Origin: a virus | Virus record (IMG/VR): IMGVR_UViG_3300045988_100778 | Location: 41,345 to 105,344 of that record | Strand: one strand, 5' to 3' | DNA: 64,000 nt | In this document: positions 8,828 to 20,600 of the stretch, one piece after another | Position numbering within the stretch: the stretch's first letter is position 1 | Layout: every line of letters starts with the position of its first letter | The notes under the pieces: generated by a model | Databases searched by the model: none | What the model was told of the DNA's origin: nothing | Seen by the model: the letters and a program-made list of their open reading frames with translations, nothing else | Translations under genes and position numbers: made by a program

Positions 8828-9873
8828 TGGCAGGAGGAGCACCAAGAATAAGCAGTAACAATTTGCCGCCTATAATGAAGGGGTATATAATGATACCTAC
8901 GGATGTAGGTAGGGAAGCGTATATAGATACGGTATTCAGAACGAATATAGTTGCCGTGATGATGGAAGGCGGTATATTCCGTAATGATGCACGTATTACC
9001 AACGAGGCTATCAATAACATATGGTTTCCCGAAAAACCGGGTGAGAAGGGATGCCAGGTAATGATAGCGAGCAGCGATTTTCTTAACCAGCCTACAGTCA
9101 TAGGCACCTTTATAGGGAATGATGAGGTTCCGGCATGGAGCGAGGATGTTATACGGATGAAAAAACAGGTGGAAGGAGTAACTATGTCTATGACGATAGA
9201 CCCACGCAACCAGGAATGGAACATGAACCTTACCTCTATAGAGAAGCCCGTAAATTTCAACGTTACATTAGGAGGTAACGAAAAACATAAGATAAGATTG
9301 CAGAGTTCGGGAGAAGCCGAGATAGTGGCTTCCAAGAAGGTGAAGGTAACCGGATATAACGAAGTCATTGCGGAAGTCGTTAACGTGGTCGAGGACGTGA
9401 AAGAAAAGGATAAGGAGATAAGGCGTTTTACTATGAACATGGAGGGAGCCAATTTTACGTGGAAGACCCAGGACAAGACAACCGTAATAAAGGCCGACCC
9501 TAACACTGTGGATGTTAATTTTCACGACGGGAAAAGCCATATGACTATAGACGATAACGGTGTGGTATTGGGTTATGACAACGATACGGAAATGATTCAG
9601 TTAACGCAGAATCTAATAAAGCTTATGACCGGACAGAAGGTCAACATAAACAATGCGAAGGAGCCTTTAACACTGGCGAACACTTTGATACAGCTATTGA
9701 ATAATGTGGAGAACCAGATAATGACGCTAAAGAACGCATGGCAAACAGCGCTTGCAGGTTCAGCAGCGATGGACGGGGGTAAAGCCGGATTCGGTGCCGG
9801 GGTCGGTGCGGTAGCGGCAGTTAACCCATTGCAGTTTGATGGAATAAAAAGCACGGTAACTTTTTCGGATTGA
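8827..9873 (+). CDS. Baseplate spike/hub protein, gpV (gp5 OB-fold)-like
   Basis: The N-terminal pattern ...FPEKPGEKGCQVMIASSDFLNQPTVIGTF resembles the OB-fold of P2 gpV/Mu gp45-type spikes. It lies in the baseplate gene block. Confidence 0.45.
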   Translation: MAGGAPRISSNNLPPIMKGYIMIPTDVGREAYIDTVFRTNIVAVMMEGGIFRNDARITNEAINNIWFPEKPGEKGCQVMIASSDFLNQPTVIGTFIGNDEVPAWSEDVIRMKKQVEGVTMSMTIDPRNQEWNMNLTSIEKPVNFNVTLGGNEKHKIRLQSSGEAEIVASKKVKVTGYNEVIAEVVNVVEDVKEKDKEIRRFTMNMEGANFTWKTQDKTTVIKADPNTVDVNFHDGKSHMTIDDNGVVLGYDNDTEMIQLTQNLIKLMTGQKVNINNAKEPLTLANTLIQLLNNVENQIMTLKNAWQTALAGSAAMDGGKAGFGAGVGAVAAVNPLQFDGIKSTVTFSD

Positions 9874-9911
9874 TAATTATTTCGTATTTTTGAAAACGAT
9901 AAGAAAAGATT

Positions 9912-10688
9912 ATGGCAAACGTCGCGCAGGCAGCAATACAAAAAGCAGGGTCTTTGATAGAGACGGCTGGAAGAGCTATATTAGCATCTCAATTTCCGAA
10001 CGATTTTGAGGTATATCTCTGTACACTTGAACTGGCAGATTCAAAGAATAATACGATAGATTTTTTCACATTTCCCATCACCCCGAATGCGATAAGCAAG
10101 ACGGAAGCGAAGAGGGAAAATATAAGGAACACGGCAGGAGGCGTAACGGTATTGTCTTCTCCTACCTTTGTACCACAGGACATTACAATAAGAGGCGATT
10201 TTGGACGAACATTTAAATTGCTATTGTCGCTTGGTGGCGGTGCGTCAAGTCTGGCAGGAGCGGCCTATAGTCTATCGGCTGGGAAATGGAGTTTGAGCGA
10301 TATTTCGGGGAAAAATACGAACTCTTTGAAGTCAGCTTCGTTCGACCCGTCCGTCAAGAACGGGTATGGATGTACGAAAATATTACAAGCTATCATATCA
10401 AAAAGTAATGGTGTGGATAAGGACGGTTTGCCATTTCGTCTTTACTTCTATAATATGGCTTTGGGTGAGAGTTATTTAGTGACTGTCCCTCCTACTGGAT
10501 TGGTACTGAACCAAAGTTTACAGCGTAATATGATATGGGAATATTCGCTTACAATGACAGCGATAGCCCCTATAGAAGCGGTGGCAGGAGAACAGAAAGC
10601 AAAAACAGCACTTACTAAAATTTGTACGGCCGCAGCAATACAGAAAGGTGTGAACGATTTGGCGGCTTCTTTAGCAACGTTGTTATAA
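9912..10688 (+). CDS. Baseplate-module protein (unknown function)
   Basis: It is a 258-aa ORF between the gpV-like and baseplate-J-like genes. Confidence 0.4.
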   Translation: MANVAQAAIQKAGSLIETAGRAILASQFPNDFEVYLCTLELADSKNNTIDFFTFPITPNAISKTEAKRENIRNTAGGVTVLSSPTFVPQDITIRGDFGRTFKLLLSLGGGASSLAGAAYSLSAGKWSLSDISGKNTNSLKSASFDPSVKNGYGCTKILQAIISKSNGVDKDGLPFRLYFYNMALGESYLVTVPPTGLVLNQSLQRNMIWEYSLTMTAIAPIEAVAGEQKAKTALTKICTAAAIQKGVNDLAASLATLL

Positions 10689-10702
10689 AAGGAGGATAAA
10701 GG

Positions 10703-11620
10703 ATGGATGCAGTAATGGAAACGGCATACGCCAAATTCAAGAATATTACAGGGTACGACATAAAGAAGTTCTTCCAGGATTATGTTGATTTTTGTAATAA
10801 TCATTACCCCTATATAGTGGATTATTACCAGGGAGGAGAACTGAATGCAGAATCATTCTATCAGTTGGATAAGATGATAGCGCAAATTAATATCGTAGAG
10901 CCTATGTTCCAGCTTCACGAAAACAAGTTGGACGATATTTCTATGTGGGAAATATTAGACAACTTTTCGGAAGTGGAAACAAAGATATTGACAATAAAAA
11001 ATTCTGACAGGTGGTTAAGAAGCGCAACCATAGGAAGACAGAACACCCTACAACTTGACAAGCAGTTAAGGACAGGAGAAACATTCGAGAATGTTGCGGA
11101 AGAAATTGCAATGACAGACCCGGAAGACGACTGGACTTCTATAACTACACCACAATACATCATAGAAGAAGATTATGAAGCAGGACGGGGAAGTAATACA
11201 TTTGCCGTGAATCTTCGGAATGTCGGTGTGAATTATGTGGATAATGTGGTAGATACGCTTGTAGGGGAGAATGTGTTAGGCAAAGACATAGATACCGAAT
11301 TCGAGTTTAAGAATGACGATTTGAAGGTGAAGAAATTCGGTACGTCTATGGAACAAGCGTTGAAAATTATATTGGAAGCCTTGAAAGGCTGTATTCCGGA
11401 ATTCAAGGATTACGGGTTACCATCCGATTTTATCGGACAGACAACGAACGCAATACAATATCCGGTGATATTTAAGGCTCTTATGAACATGTTCCAAAGG
11501 GATAACCGATGGGCGAGTGCAGAGCTTTTGGATTTGGTAAAAAAAGAAGACGCGGTATTTATGAAGGTAAAGGCTACAACCGTGACGAGAGAAGATTTTG
11601 TTATTAATGTTCCTATTTAA
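10703..11620 (+). CDS. Baseplate-module protein (unknown function)
   Basis: It is a 305-aa ORF with AAGGAGGA upstream, lying directly upstream of the baseplate-J-like gene. Confidence 0.4.
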   Translation: MDAVMETAYAKFKNITGYDIKKFFQDYVDFCNNHYPYIVDYYQGGELNAESFYQLDKMIAQINIVEPMFQLHENKLDDISMWEILDNFSEVETKILTIKNSDRWLRSATIGRQNTLQLDKQLRTGETFENVAEEIAMTDPEDDWTSITTPQYIIEEDYEAGRGSNTFAVNLRNVGVNYVDNVVDTLVGENVLGKDIDTEFEFKNDDLKVKKFGTSMEQALKIILEALKGCIPEFKDYGLPSDFIGQTTNAIQYPVIFKALMNMFQRDNRWASAELLDLVKKEDAVFMKVKATTVTREDFVINVPI

Positions 11621-11632
11621 ATATATTCAAAA

Positions 11633-14600
11633 ATGATTACTAAGACAGCGAATACGATTGCAAATTTAAAGAATTTGTGGATTGAAATGTTTTTAAACAA
11701 GACCGACCGTGTTTCAAACATTGCGGACGGTTCTGTACTTAATGGCGTCGCTTATGGTACCGCAAAGGTGGCGCAAAAAGCGATAAAGGATATTGCCATA
11801 GTGGAGGCGCAGATTTTCCCAAAGTCGGCAACAGGCGATTATCTGGACAAATCGGCCGCGTTGTTCGGTGTAAGTCCGAGAAAAGAAGCGCTTGGCTCCT
11901 CTACTTATGTACGTGTTTTTGCCGAGCCTGGCACGCATTATGAGGTAGGAACAAAGTTTATTTCAAAGAACGGAGTGCAATTTACTGTAGACCAACCTTT
12001 TACGGTTGATAAGTCGGGATATGGATATATCAGTGTAAGAAGCGTTATCACTGGGTCTGCTACCAATGTGGAGGCAAACAGTATTACGGAAGTATCGCCA
12101 AGACCATTGACACATATAGAGTGCACGAATGAATATGCGGCTATCGGTGGACGTGATTATGAGGACGACGAGACATTCAGAAACAGAATAATAAATTATA
12201 ATAACAAGCTTTCCACTGACACTATGGAAGGCTGGACGCAAATATTCCAGGATTTAGACCCGCGCATTTTAAAGGTAATGAATGTTGGGCTGGGTGAGGA
12301 CGGAAAGACACACATTTACCTTGTAACCCAAAACGGGTCTTTCTTTACGGATGATGAATTGGAAGAATTGCTTACAAAAGCTACACCCTATTTCGGACTG
12401 ACCGAACTTGACTTGCAAGGGAATACGCTTGGAATTGTGATAGAAAATGCAAAATGGATGTATGTAGGCGGTGAAGAGGGGGTGGATTTCCGTGTGGAAT
12501 TGTCGCCTAATGCAGTGATTGCGGATGTAAGAAAAAATATCCAGATTGCAATGACGAAGTATCTGGATTTCCGTTTCTGGGAAGCAGGCAAAAAGGTAGA
12601 ATGGGATGATTTGCTGGAAGTGGTGAAGACTGCGGAAGGCGTTAAGTATGTACCGGACGAATATTTCTTTCCCTATTTTGACGAAGAGGTGCCTTTGAAC
12701 ATGTTGCCGCGTATCAAGGGATTCAGAATGCGAGACTTGGAAGGGAATATTCTGTATGATTCGGGCAGCAGTTTGTCCAATATTTTTTATCCGGCAGGAG
12801 AAAGCGACATATATAAAGGTTCTCAATCGGTTATAGCGTCACAGAAATATTTGTGTTCATTTACCGTAACCAATACCAAGAATGTAGCCGTACCGGGCGC
12901 ATATATAACAATAGGAAACAAGGTAATCATTACGGACAGTAACGGTACGGCAAACATTCTTTTGGAAAATGGGGAATACACATACATATTGTCAAAAACG
13001 AACTGGACACAGAAGACAGGGGAGTTTGTTGTTCTGAACAATCCTATTTACATAAACATAAATGATTTTATTGCAACACCCTATCCGGTTACGTTTACTG
13101 TATATGAAGGTGAAGCGCCCTTGCAGGGAGTGACTGTAACTACAAGCGTTTACACGTCAGAAACGGACGATAAGGGGCAGGCAGTCATTAACCTGGAGCC
13201 GGGAACCTACGAATACAAGCTTGAAAAGTCGGGTTTCCAGACCATAGAAAGCGTATTTACGGTCGAAAATCAGCCAGTAGACATATTTCAAAGAATGTTT
13301 CTTACAAAAATGAATGTAAATTTTGCTGTAATTGACAGAAACAGAAGTATTTACATTCCGGAAGCAAACATCACAATAAATGACATAAAGGAAAAGACGG
13401 ATAACGAAGGGCAGGCAAGTATGGGATTGCAAACCGGGAAATACGAAATGAGGGTTGCAAAAGAAGACTATCAAGACCTTGTAAAGGAAATTGAGATTGT
13501 TGGGGAAGACCCTAATTGTATTCTCGTCGAAATGACGGCAATTCCGTATGCGATAAAGTTTACGGTGCTGGATTCTGCTACCCACATGGTTCTGGAAGGA
13601 GCAACGATAAAGATAAATGGTTCTACCTATCTGACCGACAAGGAAGGTATAGCGATTATAAGTTTGCCGAACGGAACCTATGAATATACGGTTTTCAAGT
13701 CCGGTTATATGTCCGTTAATGATTTTGTAGTGGTGGAAGGTTCGGAAGTTTCTAAAATTGTGGAATTGGAACAAGCTTTCTATACATTCCGCTTGACTGT
13801 ACGGGACATTGAAAACGGTAACTATATCCAGGGTGCAGAATTGCAGATAAACGGAGAGACGCGTGTAACGAACGTCAACGGTGTTGCAAGCGTAACACTT
13901 GGAAACGGTGACTATGAATATACGGTAACGCACAGAAACTATAAGAGATATACCGGAACTGTGACTATCAAAGACCAGGACGTGCCGGAAACAATTTACT
14001 TGGAATTGAGAGATACGGTAATAACATACACTGCAACGGACGCGATAACGAAGGCTCCTATTTCCGGCGTATATATCGAATTGATAAACAAGGGAACTGG
14101 AATTAAGGTGGATTCCGGTTACACGAATGATATAGGTGTATTGCAGCTTGGAGCGGAAGCAGGGGAATATACTTGGAATGCGACACACAGATATTATGAT
14201 GCGGTAGAAAACCAGTCGATAACGCTTGAAAAATTGAAGGATATAGACCTTCCCTTTACTATGACAAGAAGGGAAATCGAACCGGAAGTTGACGTAATAG
14301 AGAATATCCCCGGTGTGTCCGGTGATGCTACTACAGTAAGGTTCAGTGGTGAAAATACGGCTGAGACGTTATCTAATGACAGTTATTATTACATAGTTCA
14401 TACACCGGAAAACTTCGTTATTCCTAACAAAGGGGTGACGTTTGATTTGATGGAACATGTAAAAACTTTTCGACGTGCAGAAATTGGCGGTGAGGACGAG
14501 CCATACGATTTTGCAAGTGGAGGTGCAGAATTGGTATTCAACGTATCGAATGACGAAATAGCTTCTTTGGAAGGTACGATGTTGACAGTGCAGCCGAATG

Positions 14601-17600
14601 TGACACGTGATGCACAGCCGAGAACTTTCTATGTGGATGTGACGATAACGACTCCGGTAAGCCAGGTGACTGTAAAGATAACTGCTGAACAGAAAGCTGC
14701 TCTGAACTTCAATCCGGTTAAGGACGGAATTGTCGTTTCGGTAAAAAATATGTACAATGATAATGTACGGGAATATACGACGAACGCGGCAGGAAAGATA
14801 TTTCCGGAAGTGATGTTGGGTATTGACTATCAGTTGACAATAAAGGAGAAAGGTTTCTACGAGAACAACGGCTTGCTGATTAAGAACTGGGGCTTCGGTG
14901 CGAGTGTACCTACACTGATGGAAATAACGGCTTCAAAAAGGCTTGAATTGAGAGTAAAACAGCAGAATACCCTAAGACCGCTTGAAAATGCGACTATAAA
15001 GGTGTCCGGAATGTCACTGCCTCAAACCGTTACGTCCGGAAGTGATGGTTCGGCAAGAGTGTACATTTCACCTATTGCAATGAGCTATGAGTGTACAGTA
15101 ACAGACCATACGAAAAAGACTGGAACATTCACACCCCCGTTGTCGGCTGATTATATGGATATAATCATGGGTTATGCTGCAATGACATTCAGTCTGACAT
15201 TAACAGCAAGTAACCCCTATTCCAAGGCGGCAGAAAGTTGTCCGGTAACGGTTACGAGTGCATGGAGCGGAACATCTTCACAATCATATAGTTTTTCTGG
15301 AACAACGGATGCAAGCGGACAATTGACATCACAAGGAAATGGAAATTTCAATATACCGCCTGGAAATTATACGATAACCTATGGAGGTGGAAACAGTAAT
15401 TTCGACGGTAAGACAGAAAATATCTATCTGCCTACGGACAAGACGCATTCAGCAGTATTAACAAGAAGAACGAAATCAGTCACATTCACGGTAAAGGAAA
15501 TAATACCCTCTATTTCGACTACAGCATCAAATCCGGTAAAGACAGGTCTTGTGCTTGCATGCTATTACAACGACAATAGTACATCTTCGGGTGCGAATGT
15601 AACGACGAATGCAAGCGGACAATTTACAAAAACAGTGTATGCAGGAATTGCAGAACGTTTCCAGGTGCAACCAATAGGATTCTATTCTGGAAACGGTGCA
15701 ATAGCTACAGTCAATTATAAAGATGCAAACACAAAAGACCTTGTATATACATGTTCAAAGAGAATTCCGGTATATATCACATCCAATCTGTATGGTGAGT
15801 TAAGTGGCGCATCAGTGACGTTCAACGGAATGTCTGTGAACCAGACAGGAACGACCAATACGGACGGGATAGTGCAAATGTACATATCTCCGGTAAATAT
15901 GTCTTACAGTGTAAGCAAGCAGCATTACAATACCAAGACTGGGAATTTCAAGCCTACCGGAACAGAAACAAGAATGGATATTGAATTGGAGGCGAAGGAG
16001 TACCCGGTCACTTTCCATGTGTCAACACAAGGAGTTTTGCCACCGGACGGAATTTTGGTACGTGTGACAAACAACGCATTGCCGGACATTGTATTTGAGG
16101 GCGAGACGAATGTGGAAGGAACGATAGTCATGCCGAATGTTCCGGTAGGAGAATACACCTATGATGTTCTTGCAGGTGAGGTTTCATCCGACACATTCTT
16201 CCATCCTCAAAGTGAAAGTGGTACAGTGTTGGATGTAGAAGTGCAATATGAATTGATTAACGCAGGTATTCAAGTTTCGGAGGTGTATGGTACGGCAGGA
16301 AGGGCGTATCTGTCAAATCAGACTATTACAATGACTTCCAAGGCAGGAACGATAAAGCTTACTTTGGATGAGAACGGTTATACCAATCAGTTATTAATAA
16401 AGGGATTGGAATACACGTTTACGACTGATTCATACCCGGCTTTTTATAGCAACCCGACACAATCCTATACATGGACCGAAGACGGTGTGATATGGCCGTT
16501 CAACTTGAATGTGACCTCAAAGATAACGGTCAATGTAAAGGATGTATATGTGAAAAACAATATCCAGGGAGTAACGGTAGCTTACAACGAACAGATAGTG
16601 ACGACGGATGCAAGCGGTAACGCTTCATTGTTCCGGTCAGCACTGACAAAGGACTATTCTTTGGATAAAGAGGATTATAGTACAGTAAATGGAACCATTG
16701 CACCTACCACGGCTTCACCACTCAATGTCACGATGTTGAGAAACAAACATGTAGTGACGGTACAGCAGTATGAAGTAATACCAGGTGGTGCGAGTGTAAT
16801 TTTGGACGGTGGTTATAATTTTACTCTTAATTATACATCAGCAGCAGGAAACGGAACTATTAGTAGTGGTACAAATACATTTGAGGCATATATCGGCATT
16901 CCTATCACATTTGCAATAGTAGCAGAGAACAGAAGGGTATTTTATAGTAATCCAACTCAAACCCATACATTTACATCGGCAGGTGAGAAATGGAACATGA
17001 ATCTTACTTGTGCGAAACAGATAACCGTAAATGTGAAAGACAATGTGCCTGGCGCGAATGTACAGGGAGCTACGATAAACTATTTTACACAGACAAAAAC
17101 GACGGATGCGAGCGGAAACGCAGTCTTTTATTGGAGTGGTTCAGACCCACGTAATATATCAGTAAGTGCTTCAAATCTGGAATCTTATACCGGACAGATA
17201 GCTTACAATTCACCAAATCCGTTCAATGTTGTAATGACACGTGCAGCCAATCCGGTTACACTTGTAGTAAGAGAAATAACGCCAGCACAAACAACTTATT
17301 ATCAGAACTTACAGATAAAATACACGGTAGGAAGTGCAACCGGAACACTTACTACAAATGCGAACGGTGCAGTGACATTCAATGGATATATAGGTACGGA
17401 AATGACGTTTACGGTAGTGGGACATCCGGAATTTTACAGCAACCCGACACAGAAACACACCTATACAGCCGCCAATCAGTCATGGACTATGGATTTGACG
17501 GTAACAGCAAAGATAACGATTAATGTCAAATCGAATGTACCGAGCGGAACAAATTTGAGTAGAGCTACCGTATCATATTTTCATCAGACAGGGACAACGG

Positions 17601-20600
17601 ACAATAGCGGTAATGTATCATTGTATAGGAGTTCTGTAACAAGAAATGTAGATATTACAGCGACATATCACGGTAATTATAGAGGCAGTATAACGTCAGA
17701 CACCGCGTCTCCGTTCAACGCGGTAATGACGCGTTCAACCGCGACAGTAAGTCTTGGAGTGAGTGAAGTTGTTCGGGTTACTCCTAAATACATGCTCGAA
17801 ATCACTACGGATGCAAGTTCTGCTGTAACTCCTAGATTAGGTGGCTTCTATTTTGGTACACCAACAGCAGCAAATAAGGAGTTTGTGGCGTATTTTAGAG
17901 CAAAGATTCCGGCTGATAGAAAGCTTATTTTTGCAAGTAATGCAACAGGTGACAACCCTATAAGAAAATGGGTTAATTCAAATGACGGAAAAGGAACAGG
18001 AGGATGGTACACTTATGCCTACTATGTAAGATGCGGTTCTACTGGAAGGTTTTCAACAACCAATTTTTTCTATATAGAGGGTGGAAGTAGACCGATTACA
18101 TGGTATCTCGAAATGGCAACGGTATTCGACATAACCGGAAGCAATGTTCAGAATAAATCGGATGCCGAGATTTTAAGTAAGTGTACTTTTGATAGAATGT
18201 TGTCTGGCAATAAAGACTTTTTGTTCAATGAAGGCTCGAACAGAATAAGATGGTACAATAATTCTAATACAAATGCTGTAACAGTGACAAGAAAGGCGGC
18301 TTCTGGAACAGACACGTTTAATTTCACGATGGCAACTTATGCGTCTATGAAGATGAATTTCAGTCCGGCAGCTTCTACAAGTCCTTTGACACTTGATACA
18401 AACGGTAATGTGTCTTTTGTATGCTATTTAGGTACGCCAGTAACATTCACACCGACAACAAGAGCTAATTATTACAGTAATCCAAATACTGCACTGACTT
18501 ATACAGCAGCAGGACAGTTCCAGGGAATATATCTGATTTGTAACCAAAAGATAACCATTAATACAGTAGCGAATATCTACAATACAAGTAATGCACTTGC
18601 AGGAACGATAACCTATTTCGGACAGACACTTCCGTCTGGAGGAAGCTTCTATAGAAGCGGATTAGACAGACAAATGACCGCCACGGCACAGTATTTCAAC
18701 AACTACGTAGGAACAGTTACCGCCACACAGACATCACCCTATACAGTGACGATGAACAGGACGACAAGAACAGTAACATTGATTGTTAGGGAATCAGTAG
18801 GTAGCAATGAATATACATTGAGTAATGCGGTGATAGTAAGAAGTGTTCCGTCTACTTCAAATGCTCCGGCAGGAGAAATAACACTGGACGCAAACGGAAA
18901 GAAAACGAATACTGTATATGCAGGTATAAGCTACACCTATACACCAAAGAATTACGCAAGCTATTACAGCAATGCAAGCCAGGGTCATACATGGACGAGT
19001 GAAAACGAGCAATGGATTATGACATTGAATGTGACGGCACGTCTGACATTCAACATAAAGAGTTCTAATTATGGGACAAATATAAGTGGAGTATCATGTT
19101 CCTATTTAGGACAGACTGGAACGACTGATTCCAGTGGTAACTGGACTGTATACAGAAGTGGTATAAGTAGAAGCTACTCATTCTCGAAAACAAATTACAA
19201 TGCGTTATCCGGTACATTATCGGCAGCACAAGCAAGTCCGTTGAACTTGAAAATGAGTGAGACAAGTTCTTCTATCACTATAACAATAAAGGACTATTAT
19301 CAGAGTGCCGTAAAAGGAAATGCGAACGGATGTCCGGTAACGCTGACGAACAAGAGCCTTTCTTCTATCACGTTCACGGGAACGACAAACAGTAGCGGAC
19401 AGGTGAGTTTCGGACCCATGATAGCAGGTTCATATACATTGTCATGGGGTGGAGGAACAAGTTATTGGGTAAATGGAAGTACCACGATAACAATGCCTAC
19501 AGCAACAACTACACAGAATGCTGTAAGATTGACGAAGATTGTAGGTAATGTATTTTATTTCCAAACACCAGCTACAGGAACGGCATTCAAATATTGGGCC
19601 GTAAATACTTTATTGAAGCCAGTATATACCACTGGAGGAGTGGCGACAACAGTAACTTTGGTAAAATCGGGTGCGACATATTATGATATAGGAAACTACA
19701 CGTACATTGCAGGTATAGCAACGACAATAAGTACGGCAGTAGCGACATATTTCAGAACCGGAAGTTCTACCAACACTGCTTCCGTATATTCTGTCACTCC
19801 TACGTACAACTTTAACAATATACCGGGTGTCACAAGTTCAGCGCCTTTATGTTCGTATGCGATAAAGGGTATTGTAGTGACTGTACAGAACAGCTATACA
19901 AATGCGGCTGTAAATGGAGCCACAATAAAGATGTATGGTATAAACGGTAGTAATGTTGTTGGAGGCGCAGGAGATGGTGCAGTACAGACTGTAACGACAA
20001 ACAGTGCAGGACAGGCGACAGTATATATATCTGGACTGACAAACAGATACATAGTAAGTGCGACAAGATACGTGACATTAAACACCACCAACACGAACAC
20101 CTCTAACTTTACAATCAAGCTGGTACCGTCGGAAGTGACAATAACAATAAACGTAAACAACGCGAGTACAGGTTCAAGAGTAGGAAGTGGTGTAATAGTG
20201 AAGCTGTCAAGTAACAACACCAGCACGACATATAGCGGCACTACAAACTCGTCCGGACAGGTGGTACTGAAGATAAAGCCGGGCAATTATTGGTGGGAAG
20301 CAGGAGGTAGCACGACCTGGGGAGGAAACGGAACAGGAACATGGAATTATCCGAACCGTTCCACTACCTCAATCTCTCTCATCAAAGACCAGTCCATAAC
20401 AATAGAGGCTCTAAAGGTAGGGGTGTGGGTTGATAGTGGAAGTGTGTATTTTGGATTTAAAAATAACGAAAGTTTTTATACTGGTATAAATAGAGAAAAT
20501 GGAGGGTCTGATTATATAGCTCATATCGGCAGTAGTCAAGCATTTATGATGAATATACCGTCTGATGTAAATACTTCAAATTATACGGTAAAAAAATTCT

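Noticed and set aside
8685-9506. A 273-aa minus-strand ORF overlapping two baseplate genes
   Set aside because: It is a shadow ORF spanning a + strand gene junction. It has no independent signals and a low-complexity product.
12269-14188. Minus-strand ORFs of 185 aa (12269-12826) and 343 aa (13157-14188) antisense to the giant fibre gene
   Set aside because: They are embedded in a continuous 10.3-kb + strand ORF with clear domain repeats. Their products have odd composition, rich in Cys, Arg, Phe and His. They are typical shadow ORFs.
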